This document shows, in pieces, positions 33,111-41,806 of a stretch of 62,125 bases of DNA; position 1 is the stretch's first letter; every line of letters starts with the position of its first letter. The position numbers were made by a program, and so were the translations under genes. A model generated the notes under the pieces. The model ran no database searches, had not been told where the DNA came from, and saw nothing but the letters and a program-made list of their open reading frames with translations. The DNA comes from Verrucomicrobiia bacterium (GTDB taxonomy: Bacteria > Verrucomicrobiota > Verrucomicrobiia > Limisphaerales > JAYPXF01): positions 1 to 62,125 of the forward strand of contig JADHOF010000002.1 in the NCBI GenBank assembly GCA_016779125.1, written 5' to 3'.

Positions 33111-34694
33111 ATGAACAACAAAGCATTCATCGACGCGTTCTGCCTGCTAGGTCTTTCAGCCGGAGGCGCGATCGCCCAGGACGGGCAGTGGACGTCCTCG
33201 CTTTCCGGAAACCAAGCGAACGGGACCGACGGACTGCACCGAACCGCTTGGACCAGCCAGGTCTACGGCCACTCCGCGTCGCAAACCGCCACCCCCACCC
33301 CCGAAACGCTGGCCGCCGGTAACTACCGCTACGAACAGGCTCCTGGCAAAACGGGGGAATACCAATACACCTGGGCGTCCTCTTACGAGCCCACCGCCGT
33401 CGCAACCGTGGCTCAAGCCCAGACCGCAACTCCCACCGTCCGGTATCAGTGGCCTAACGGAAGTCAAACTTCGGAATCTCTCGCCACCACCACGGTCACA
33501 ACGAAGACAACCACCACGACGTCCAAGGCCGGCGAAAGCGGTTACCGATATGCCACCGGATCCGTCCCACAACAGGCGAGTTCGACCTCGTCAGCTCGCA
33601 TCGTGGAGGAATCCTACACGGAACCGACCACGACCTTCCGGCGCAATTTCCTCCGTCGCCAGGTCTGGGACGCCTACTCCAGCCGCGTCTCCGTAAAAGC
33701 AGCCTTTTCGTTCAACATCAAGGCGGACTTTACCAGCCAGAACCCGAACAATATCGGCAGCCCGGATGGCGGCGAGGTCACCCGCACCTACAACGACGGA
33801 TACGTCGCCCCCGACAACAGCCCCACCCCCGGGCAAACGTGGAATTTTGGCTACGACGACGCTGTTCAGGCACCCGCGGTTGGGGCCAACAACGCCGTTT
33901 TCATGAACTCGGTGGACTCTCCCTCGGACGGAAAACTGAGGAAGGACACGGACGACATCATCCCGGGAATCGAAGTCGCCTATGAGGAAATACTGGGGCA
34001 GATCAACGTCCTCGGAGGGCGGCGCAGATGGAATGTCGGCGTCTTCAGCGGATTCAGTTTCTCCCGTCTTGGCCTGCGGGATGGCGGAGCCACGACCGGC
34101 CCTGTCAATGTCACACAAGACCGTTACGAATCGGTGGGCGGTGGCCCGGTGCCGATCGCACCGGTGACAGGCCGAAACGCCTCCACAGCCGGCTCCCTGC
34201 TGGTCGACGAACCCACCCCCGTCGGAGGCTTGGCGGCGGACGGAGCCGGTGTGACCGGAACGGAGCGCACCACCTTCGCCAGCCCGGCAACCGGAAGCAT
34301 CATCAACAAACTGGACGGAAATCTGTTCGGCCTTCAGATCGGCCCCTTTATTGAGGCACCGATTACAGACCGCTTGCTCCTCGTTTTGGCGGGCGGATTC
34401 GGTGTCGTGCTGGCCGATCTGGACTACACGTTCAGCGAATCGTGGCAATTGACCGCCCCCGTAAACAGCCGCGCCAATTACAGTCGCAGCGGCAGCAAGT
34501 CGTCCTTCGATTTTCTTTGGGGTGGATACGCCCGCCTGAATCTTCGTTACGAGTTTGACGACCATTGGGCTGCCGAAATCGGTTTCCAATATCAGCACAT
34601 GGGTTCGGAAGCCAACTCGGTGAACGGGAAGACCGCCACTCTCAAGATGGGAAGCGTGCTCGGTGCCAACGCCGGGGTCAGCTACTCTTTCTAA
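33111..34694 (+). CDS. exported protein with a Thr-rich linker and a probable C-terminal outer-membrane beta-barrel
   Basis: The ATG at 33111 gives MNNKAFIDAFCLLGLSAGGAIAQ (signal peptide). Low-complexity TTTVTTKTTTTTSK. Alternating-hydrophobicity strands in the C-terminal half. The protein ends ..GANAGVSYSF (terminal aromatic residue, typical of OM barrels). Confidence 0.6.
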   Translation: MNNKAFIDAFCLLGLSAGGAIAQDGQWTSSLSGNQANGTDGLHRTAWTSQVYGHSASQTATPTPETLAAGNYRYEQAPGKTGEYQYTWASSYEPTAVATVAQAQTATPTVRYQWPNGSQTSESLATTTVTTKTTTTTSKAGESGYRYATGSVPQQASSTSSARIVEESYTEPTTTFRRNFLRRQVWDAYSSRVSVKAAFSFNIKADFTSQNPNNIGSPDGGEVTRTYNDGYVAPDNSPTPGQTWNFGYDDAVQAPAVGANNAVFMNSVDSPSDGKLRKDTDDIIPGIEVAYEEILGQINVLGGRRRWNVGVFSGFSFSRLGLRDGGATTGPVNVTQDRYESVGGGPVPIAPVTGRNASTAGSLLVDEPTPVGGLAADGAGVTGTERTTFASPATGSIINKLDGNLFGLQIGPFIEAPITDRLLLVLAGGFGVVLADLDYTFSESWQLTAPVNSRANYSRSGSKSSFDFLWGGYARLNLRYEFDDHWAAEIGFQYQHMGSEANSVNGKTATLKMGSVLGANAGVSYSF

Positions 34695-35208
34695 CCTGAG
34701 GCGCGCCCGGAGCCGGGCTGTTGTCTGCGGCATCCCGGCACTTGTCCGCCACCAGCCCGAGCTTTCGCAGGAAATCCTCCCGTTCTTCCTCCGCCAGCAC
34801 GGAGAGCACCTGCTCCTGCAGATCCACCGCCACGTCGCGAAGCAGCCGGTAGAGCTGCCGACCTTTTGGGGTCGTCCGAATGCGATAGGCGCGCCGATCC
34901 CGCTCATGCCGCCGCCGATCCACCCAACCGGCCTTTTCCATCCGCTCCAACAGCGAGGCGATCGTGTTCGGATCGCTGCTCATCAGGCGTGTTAATTCCC
35001 CCTGCGTGATTCCTTTCGGGTCCGACTCAATCAGCGAACGCAGCGCGGTGAACTGATCCGGAGTCGCCCCCGTCTTCACAATGCGCCTCCGAAAAGCCTG
35101 GTTGAGACTGTACCAGGCCCGCCTCAAGACCGGCGGCAGGCGACGACGATCCGGGGCGTCCACGGGAAGTTCAAGGGGTTCGTTCGGTTCGTCCACGGCG
35201 GCGCGCAA
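34678..35208 (-). CDS. MarR family transcriptional regulator
   Basis: Winged-HTH pattern ITQGELTRLMSSDPNTIASLLERMEKAGWVDRRRHERDRRAYRIRTTPKG. The start is TTG (35208) or GTG four codons later. The 3' end overlaps the convergent gene by 17 nt. Confidence 0.85.
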   Translation of the reverse strand: MRAAVDEPNEPLELPVDAPDRRRLPPVLRRAWYSLNQAFRRRIVKTGATPDQFTALRSLIESDPKGITQGELTRLMSSDPNTIASLLERMEKAGWVDRRRHERDRRAYRIRTTPKGRQLYRLLRDVAVDLQEQVLSVLAEEEREDFLRKLGLVADKCRDAADNSPAPGAPQVRKSS

Positions 35209-35427
35209 TCTGTCGGCAGGCCTTCGCGCCTGTCAAATCCGATTTCGAAGGGCTCACGAAATGAATTTGTCCACGACGGCGAAGGTCAGAGAACTCGGAT
35301 TCATTTAATACGTGTAGGTACTATTTTTCATTGCCTACCCGATTTGCCTGCTCAATAGTCCGCTCTCTTGCATCGGATCGACAACTTGCTAGAAAACCCG
35401 TCCGCATCGCATCCAAATACCACGCTT

Positions 35428-37758
35428 ATGAAGTTTTCCGCGACGTCCGTTTCCGCGCTCCTTCTCGGAGTATCCCTCCTCTCATCACACGCGGCCCCCG
35501 CGACAGGCTGGCATTACTGGCGCGGCCCCGGCCAACTGGGCGTGTCCGAGGAAAAAAACCTTCCGGGCAAACTCGAATTGAACGGCTCCACGCATCTCTG
35601 GACGGCTGATCTCGGCGGCCAGTCCTCGCCCGTGGTTGCCAACGGGAAGCTCTACGTGATGGGCATCATCGGGGAAGGCCCCGACCTTCAGGAGGTGCTT
35701 ACCTGCTTCGACGCCAACACGGGTGAAAAACTCTGGGACCACCGATGGAACGATTTCCTCAGCGATATCATCTACACGCGTTACTCAACATCCAATCCGA
35801 CCATTGACCCGGAAACCGGCAACGTCTACGTGCAGGGCAGCCAAGGCATCATCGCCGGATTCACCGGTGACGGAAAAAAGCTCTGGGAACATTCCATGAT
35901 GGACCGCTTCGGTCGAATGACCTTCCCGAACGGACGCACGGCGACTCCGGTTGTGGACCGGGACCTGGTCATCACCCACCACATCACGGCCTATTGGGGC
36001 GCGATGGGGCCCGCACGGGACCGATTCTTCGCCTTCGACAAACACACGGGAGACCTCGTCTGGCTGAACACCCCCGGGGGCGCGCCAAAGGACAGCTCCT
36101 ACTCGCCGCCCATTGCATCCCACTGGAACGGGCAGCGGGTCTTCTACTGCGGCACCGGCGACGGCGCGGTCGTTTGCTTCAACGCAAAAACGGGTGACGA
36201 ACTGTGGTACAGCAAATACAGCATGGGCGGTGTGAACGCTTCCGTGATTCCGATGAAGGACAAGATCATCGGCATTCACGACAGTGAAAACCTGGACAGC
36301 TCCGAGATCGGTCGATTGATCGCGTTGCGAATTCCGGACGCCCTGCCTCCCGGAGCGCGGCCGCACGAGTTCCCATTCAAAGATCTCGAAATTTGGCGCA
36401 ATCCAAACGTCAACTCCTTCGCCACCTCCCCTGTTCTGGTCGGAGACATCCTGTATCAGATCGTGACCACGGGCGATCTCGTCGCAATCGACACCGCGAC
36501 CGGCAACGAACTTTGGCGTAAGAAATTTGGCATCGAACAGCGCAACGCCTCGATGCTCTACGCCGACGGCAAACTCTATTTCGGCATGCTCGAAGATCCT
36601 CACGCGAAGGAGAAAGGCGTGGAAGCCGGCACCACGGCGGCGTTCTACGTCGTCAAACCAAGTCGCACCGGCGTCGAGACTCTCACCTACATCTCTCTCG
36701 AAGGCCGCTGCTTCGGCAGTCCGTGCATCTTCAACGGCAAGATCTACATCCAAACCACAAAGAAGCTCTATTGCTTCGGCAACCGGGGCAACAATCCCGG
36801 CATCGCGGCGGCACCGGCCCCCGAAAAACCGGAACCTGTCGGCAAGGCCGTCGCGCTGCACATCGTTCCCCCGGAAATAGTGCTCACCCCCGGGACGAGC
36901 CAAAAATTCCGTGTCTACTCGATCGACACCAACGGAAACCGGGTTGAAGAGGTCAAGAATGTCGCGACGGCAAAGTGGGAAAAATTCATTCCGCCCACGG
37001 CGAAGGTCAAGGTGAAGCTCAACGCGACCGCAGAGGGCAACACCCTCACTGCGGATGCCGTCGAGGAACCCTCCGCCGGCATGTTCAAGGTGACTCACGG
37101 CGGACTCACCGGCTTTGTCCGCGGACGCATCCTTCCGAACATCCCGCTCACCGAGAACTTCGAATCCTTCACTCCGGACCAGGTTCATCCGGCGAATCAT
37201 CCGGAACCCGGTCAACAATTCGACTACCCGCCTCTGCCTTGGATCGGAGCCCGCTTCAAGTTCGAGATTCGGCAACAGCCCGACGGCAACAAGGTTCTCA
37301 CGAAGACCATCGACAACAAACTGTTCCAACGCGGCATCGTCTTCCTCGGCACGCCCGACATGAAGAATTACACCATCGAGGCCGACGTGATGAGCGAGGG
37401 GGACCGGCGCAAGATGTCGGAGATCGGCCTCATCTGCCAACGCTACTATGTCATCCTCAAGGGGAATGCCGGAAAGCTGCAGATCAACTCCAATCTGGAA
37501 CGAATCAAGGAGGAAACCTCATTCCGCATCCGCCCCAAGGCCTGGTATCACCTCAAGGCCCGCGTCGATGTGAACACGGATGGTTCGGGCGTCATACGCG
37601 CCAAAGCATGGCCAAAGGGCGAGGCCGAGCCCGCGGAATGGACTCTCGAAGTGAATCACAAGCACGCTCACCAGCAGGGTTCCCCGGGCCTCTTCGGCTT
37701 TGCACCGCAGGAAATCCTCTGCCACATCGACAATGTGAAGGTGACGCCCAACAACTGA
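35428..37758 (+). CDS. exported PQQ-like (BamB-like) beta-propeller repeat protein with a C-terminal concanavalin/LamG (DUF1080-like) domain
   Basis: Trimmed to the ATG at 35428 (MKFSATSVSALLLGVSLLSSHA). Recurrent propeller strands: GKLYVMG, GNVYVQGS, GDLVWL, GDELWYS, GNELWRK, GKLYFGM, GKIYIQT. The C-terminal ~200 aa are jelly-roll-like, ending ..CHIDNVKVTPN. Confidence 0.8.
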   Translation: MKFSATSVSALLLGVSLLSSHAAPATGWHYWRGPGQLGVSEEKNLPGKLELNGSTHLWTADLGGQSSPVVANGKLYVMGIIGEGPDLQEVLTCFDANTGEKLWDHRWNDFLSDIIYTRYSTSNPTIDPETGNVYVQGSQGIIAGFTGDGKKLWEHSMMDRFGRMTFPNGRTATPVVDRDLVITHHITAYWGAMGPARDRFFAFDKHTGDLVWLNTPGGAPKDSSYSPPIASHWNGQRVFYCGTGDGAVVCFNAKTGDELWYSKYSMGGVNASVIPMKDKIIGIHDSENLDSSEIGRLIALRIPDALPPGARPHEFPFKDLEIWRNPNVNSFATSPVLVGDILYQIVTTGDLVAIDTATGNELWRKKFGIEQRNASMLYADGKLYFGMLEDPHAKEKGVEAGTTAAFYVVKPSRTGVETLTYISLEGRCFGSPCIFNGKIYIQTTKKLYCFGNRGNNPGIAAAPAPEKPEPVGKAVALHIVPPEIVLTPGTSQKFRVYSIDTNGNRVEEVKNVATAKWEKFIPPTAKVKVKLNATAEGNTLTADAVEEPSAGMFKVTHGGLTGFVRGRILPNIPLTENFESFTPDQVHPANHPEPGQQFDYPPLPWIGARFKFEIRQQPDGNKVLTKTIDNKLFQRGIVFLGTPDMKNYTIEADVMSEGDRRKMSEIGLICQRYYVILKGNAGKLQINSNLERIKEETSFRIRPKAWYHLKARVDVNTDGSGVIRAKAWPKGEAEPAEWTLEVNHKHAHQQGSPGLFGFAPQEILCHIDNVKVTPNN

Positions 37759-37793
37759 TCCGACCTCCAAGAAGCATAGAAAGCATTCGACCC

Positions 37794-39347
37794 ATGAAGT
37801 ACAAACTCATCAAGTCCCTCGCCGGCTTCGCCACTGTCGCCGCGCTTTGCTCCGCCACCAACGCGCCCGCCGCCGACTGGTCCCAATGGGGCGGCAGCCA
37901 AGGCAAGAACATGTTCTCGCCCGAACGCGGGCTCCCGACAAAATTCGATCCCGGCAAGTTCAAACGTGGCACCGAAGACATCGACCTCGCGACGACCAAG
38001 AACGTGAAGTGGGTCGCCAAACTCGGCTCCCAAACCTACGGCAACCCGACCGTCGTAAAGGGCCGCATCTACGTTGGCACCAACAACGAATCCCCGCGCG
38101 ATCCTCAACACAAGGGCGATCACTCCATCTTCATGTGCCTCGACGAAAAGACGGGCGACCTCGTCTGGCAGCTGGTCGTCCCGAAGCTCAAGTCCGGCAA
38201 GGTCAATGACTGGGAAAATCTCGGCATCCTCTCCTCCGCCGTCGTGGAGGACGATCGCGTCTATTTCGTCACCAGCCGTTGCGAGGTGATCTGCCTCGAT
38301 GCCCACGGGCTCGCCAACGGGAATCAGGGCATGCAGGACGAGGCCCAATACGTCGCCGGACCGGGCGAAAAGCCCGCTTCCATCGGTGCGAAGGACGCGG
38401 ACATCATCTGGGTCTACGACATGATGGGCGAACTCGGCGTCTTCCCCCACAACGCCGCCAACAGCTCGCCGCTGATCATCGACGATCTCGTTTATGTCTG
38501 CACCTCCAACGGACAGGACTGGACCCACGTGAACGTCCCGTCCCCGCTCTCGCCCAGTTTCATCGCCCTCGACAAGAAATCCGGCGAGCTCAAGGGCGAG
38601 GATGACGCCGAAATCGGCGAGAATATCTTTCACGGGCAATGGACATCGCCGGCCGCCGGCAAAGTGAAGGGCAACTGGCAGCTGTTCTTTGGCGGCGGCA
38701 ACGGATTGCTCTACGGCTTCGGTTCGAAACCGGTCTACGACTCCAGCGAGGGGGTCAGCTTCCTCAAGAAGATCTGGTGGTTGGACACCAATCCGAAAGC
38801 ACGCTTCGAGCACAAATATCCCGATCCCGAAGGCCCGAACGAAATCAACGCGACCCCCGTCTACTGGAACGACAAGGTCTACGTCGCCCAAGGCCAGGAT
38901 CCGGAGCACGGCGAAGGTGTCGGCATGCTTGTTTGTGTCGATCCCACCCAAAAGGGTGACATCACCAAGACCGGAGTCGTCTGGAGCTACGACAAAATCA
39001 ACCGCTCAATCAGCACGATCTCCATCGACGAAAAAACGGGCCTGCTGTTTGTGGGGGATTTCTCCGGCTTCATCTACTGCCTCGACGCCCGCACCGGAAA
39101 GGAACACTGGGTCTACGACATGAAGGCCCACATGTGGGGCTCCACGCTGGTTGCCGATGGCCGCGTCTACGTGGGCGACGAGGACGGCGACTTCCTCGTG
39201 CTTCCCGCCACCAAGGACTTCGATCCCAAGAAGGACAAACCCATCTTCGAAACCAACCTCTTCTCCCCGATCTACTCGACCCCGGTTGTCGCGAACGGCG
39301 TCATGTACGTGGGAACCCAGACCCATCTCTACGCGATCAAAAACTGA
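37794..39347 (+). CDS. exported PQQ-like beta-propeller repeat protein (paralog-like of the upstream gene)
   Basis: Track ORF 36975-39347 trimmed to the ATG at 37794 (MKYKLIKSLAGFATVAALCSATNAPA signal peptide). Repeats GRIYVGT, GDLVWQL, DRVYFVT, DLVYVCT, DKVYVAQG, GKEHWVY, GRVYVGD, GVMYVGT. Confidence 0.85.
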   Translation: MKYKLIKSLAGFATVAALCSATNAPAADWSQWGGSQGKNMFSPERGLPTKFDPGKFKRGTEDIDLATTKNVKWVAKLGSQTYGNPTVVKGRIYVGTNNESPRDPQHKGDHSIFMCLDEKTGDLVWQLVVPKLKSGKVNDWENLGILSSAVVEDDRVYFVTSRCEVICLDAHGLANGNQGMQDEAQYVAGPGEKPASIGAKDADIIWVYDMMGELGVFPHNAANSSPLIIDDLVYVCTSNGQDWTHVNVPSPLSPSFIALDKKSGELKGEDDAEIGENIFHGQWTSPAAGKVKGNWQLFFGGGNGLLYGFGSKPVYDSSEGVSFLKKIWWLDTNPKARFEHKYPDPEGPNEINATPVYWNDKVYVAQGQDPEHGEGVGMLVCVDPTQKGDITKTGVVWSYDKINRSISTISIDEKTGLLFVGDFSGFIYCLDARTGKEHWVYDMKAHMWGSTLVADGRVYVGDEDGDFLVLPATKDFDPKKDKPIFETNLFSPIYSTPVVANGVMYVGTQTHLYAIKN

Positions 39348-39380
39348 TCCGATCACCGTCACATCAGATTCCGAAAAAGC

Positions 39381-40463
39381 ATGAGCGCTGTATCCGACGA
39401 AGCCATACAAAAGGCGAAACAGGACCTCGACCGCCATTGTGTCGAGACCATCCAATGGCACTTCTCACCCGAAACGGGTTGTCCCTTCTGGCTCGACTGG
39501 GCGCAGAAACAGGGCTGGGATCCCCGCGCCGAGGTGAAGTGTTTTGACGATCTGATCGCGAAGTTCCCGCACTTCCAGGATGAGTGGCTCCGCGACCTCC
39601 AACCCGAGGTCTGGATACCGAAGGAATTCCTTGGAAAGCCCTTCAACATCTTTGAGACCGGCGGCACGACCGGCATGCCCAAGCAACGGATCGGCTGGAA
39701 TGATTTCCGCACCGACTACAGCGAGTTCTCGGAGAAGATCTCCGACGAGCATTTTCCACGGGGCGGCGCGTGGTTGATGATGGGCCCGACAGGACCTCGA
39801 CGGCTGCGCCTCGCGATTGAGCACCTGGCGAACGTGCGCGGCAGTTCCTGCTACTTCATCGACCTGGATCCGCGCTGGGTCAAAAAGCTGATCACGAACA
39901 AACATTTCGACCAGGCGAAGGCCTACATGGCGCACGTCGTCGATCAGGCCGCCCTCATCCTGAAGAACCGCAAGGTCACGGGCCTTTTCACCACGCCGAA
40001 GCTCCTGGAGGCGCTTGCGGAAAAGGTCGACCTCTATGAGGCCGGTATCCGCGGCGTCTTTGCCGGCGGCACGACGATGGACCCCCAATACGTTCGCTTT
40101 CTCATCGAGGAGCTCCTCGAGGGGCAGATTGGATTCTATCCAACCTACGGCAACACCCTCATGGGCCTCGCAGCAAGCGTGCCGATCACGGCCGAGGACA
40201 ATTACTCCGTCACCTACTACGCGCCGCAGCCCCGGGCGGTGCTTCGCGTCGTCGATCCCGTGGAAACCACCCAGCTTCGCGCTTACGGCGAATGGGGCCG
40301 CGTCGAACTCACAACCATGACGAAAGAGTTCTTCATGCCCCGTTTCCTTGAACGTGACGAGGCCGTCCGCCGCGAAGCGCGCGCACCCTATGCTTGGGAC
40401 GGCGTCGCGCAAGTCCGCCCCTTTGGCGCGATGGAGAAGAACATCGTCGAAGGCGTCTATTGA
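39381..40463 (+). CDS. short ANL-superfamily adenylate-forming enzyme (PaaK/F390-synthetase/LuxE-like)
   Basis: 360 aa. P-loop-like FETGGTTGMPK, then TYGNT and GEWGRVELTT blocks in the order seen in COG1541-type ligases. No signal peptide. The length resembles LuxE-type acyl-protein synthetases more than full PaaK. Confidence 0.65.
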   Translation: MSAVSDEAIQKAKQDLDRHCVETIQWHFSPETGCPFWLDWAQKQGWDPRAEVKCFDDLIAKFPHFQDEWLRDLQPEVWIPKEFLGKPFNIFETGGTTGMPKQRIGWNDFRTDYSEFSEKISDEHFPRGGAWLMMGPTGPRRLRLAIEHLANVRGSSCYFIDLDPRWVKKLITNKHFDQAKAYMAHVVDQAALILKNRKVTGLFTTPKLLEALAEKVDLYEAGIRGVFAGGTTMDPQYVRFLIEELLEGQIGFYPTYGNTLMGLAASVPITAEDNYSVTYYAPQPRAVLRVVDPVETTQLRAYGEWGRVELTTMTKEFFMPRFLERDEAVRREARAPYAWDGVAQVRPFGAMEKNIVEGVY

Positions 40464-40471
40464 TTCCCACC

Positions 40472-40511
40472 GCCGGCGTCGTCTCGAATCGAGGCGACGC
40501 CGGCTTTTTTT
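40472..40511 (+). terminator. strong rho-independent terminator after the ANL gene
   Basis: 14-bp stem (one G-U pair) GCCGGCGTCGTCTC / GAGGCGACGCCGGC with a 5-nt loop, followed by seven T (40505-40511). Confidence 0.85.
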
Positions 40512-40546
40512 GAAACGCTGCGTCGCGTGATGGGTCGAGAAGCTGA

Positions 40547-41803
40547 ATGGCGATCGATGAGCCAAAATCCGAAGCGGACGGGCCGGACAGCGGCCGTTCC
40601 ACCGGCCCGCCGATCCACCCATTGGCGGCCCTGCTCCTCTTGGTCGTCGACAATCTGTGGAACCTCGGCGATTGGGCCGTGTTCGCCTGGGTTTTGATCA
40701 TCCCGCTGACCTTTCTGTCAGTTCTCTTCCCGGGCGTATTCCTCCAACGCTTTGCGAATCACGACGGCTGGGGAAAATCGATCGCCAAAGGCCTGCTTCT
40801 CGCCTTCTTGGCGGCCGTTCCAACCTCCATTGCCGGCACACCCGTAGGCGTCGCCTTCCTTGCGTGGGCGGGCGTTGATCGCTGGCGGTCACGGGAACGG
40901 GGTACCCTCGCCGAATTTGACACGGGGTCCGTCGTCACTTCGCCCCCGAAACCTGCCCGCGGGGAACCCGTAACACTGGACATCCCATCCGAATCGGTGC
41001 CCCAACAGTCTCCGGCACAACCGCACCCGGCTCCGGAGGCGCACTATTCCTTTCCGCCTCCCCGCAAGGCCAGTCGCGCGGGTGTCATCGCGCTATGCCT
41101 CCTGCTCGTAGCGCTCTGTTTCACCACCGGCATCGTCCTCCTCAAGTTCGCTTCCGATAAGATCGAACTGATCGCCGGCAAGGTCGCAAATCTCCCGGGC
41201 CTTTTTCGTCGTCCCCCGCTCGACTCCGTCTTCACATCCTCGTTGCCGGAACTCTCGCGAACCGTAGGCGGCAAGCTTGAGATCGCTTCCTTCAAGATCA
41301 CGGAATCGTTCGAGCGAATTGACAGCGAGGATTTTCTGGTGCCGCTGGGCGAGACCAAGAGTCGCATCCGCGTTCCGGTCACCTACACCTACAGCATTGA
41401 TCTGCATTCCCCGTGGACGATCGAGGTCACCAACGGCATTTGCCACATCACCGCACCCGCCATTCAGCATGGCGTGCCCGCGATTCACACCGGCGGCATG
41501 GTCAAGGACGTGCAAAGCGACTTCCTCACCCGCCTCAAGCCCGGTCTCGATCCACGCCAACGCCTCGATGAATTTGAAAAAACTCTCACTGCGCGGTTGT
41601 GGGTCAACGCCGGTAGCGCCAAATATCACGCGCTCGTCCGCGAAGAGTGCCGCAAGACGGTCGGCGAATTCGTTCGGGACTGGATCCTGAAGGACGAGCG
41701 CTACAAAACCTACGACGTTGAAACCTTGAAGATCATTTTCCCCGACGAAGTCGGAAAAGAGGAGGCCCGCTCGCTTCCCACCCTGATTGTCAGAAAGAAC
41801 TAG
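40547..41803 (+). CDS. polytopic membrane protein with a DUF4230-like C-terminal domain
   Basis: 418 aa. Three to four N-terminal hydrophobic spans, a Pro-rich linker, one more TM span (AGVIALCLLLVALCFTTGIVLL), then ..SRIRVPVTYTYSIDLHSPWTIEV..ITAPAIQ.., which is reminiscent of DUF4230. Confidence 0.6.
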   Translation: MAIDEPKSEADGPDSGRSTGPPIHPLAALLLLVVDNLWNLGDWAVFAWVLIIPLTFLSVLFPGVFLQRFANHDGWGKSIAKGLLLAFLAAVPTSIAGTPVGVAFLAWAGVDRWRSRERGTLAEFDTGSVVTSPPKPARGEPVTLDIPSESVPQQSPAQPHPAPEAHYSFPPPRKASRAGVIALCLLLVALCFTTGIVLLKFASDKIELIAGKVANLPGLFRRPPLDSVFTSSLPELSRTVGGKLEIASFKITESFERIDSEDFLVPLGETKSRIRVPVTYTYSIDLHSPWTIEVTNGICHITAPAIQHGVPAIHTGGMVKDVQSDFLTRLKPGLDPRQRLDEFEKTLTARLWVNAGSAKYHALVREECRKTVGEFVRDWILKDERYKTYDVETLKIIFPDEVGKEEARSLPTLIVRKN

Positions 41804-41806
41804 TTC

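Noticed and set aside
35300-35345. AT-rich patch with GTAGG-N15-CCTAC in the MarR/propeller divergent region, as a MarR operator
   Set aside because: The arms are only 5 bp and the spacer is long. It is plausible as promoter DNA but too weak to call an operator from sequence alone.
35785-37440. 551-aa minus-strand ORF inside the first PQQ-like propeller gene
   Set aside because: It is antisense to a CDS with clear repeat motifs and a signal peptide. The composition is typical of GC-rich shadow ORFs.
36975-37793. 5' extension of the second propeller ORF (track ORF 36975-39347), overlapping the upstream gene in another frame
   Set aside because: The extension translates to Arg/Gly/His-rich low complexity. 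A canonical ATG at 37794 is followed immediately by a signal peptide and gives a 35-nt intergenic gap.
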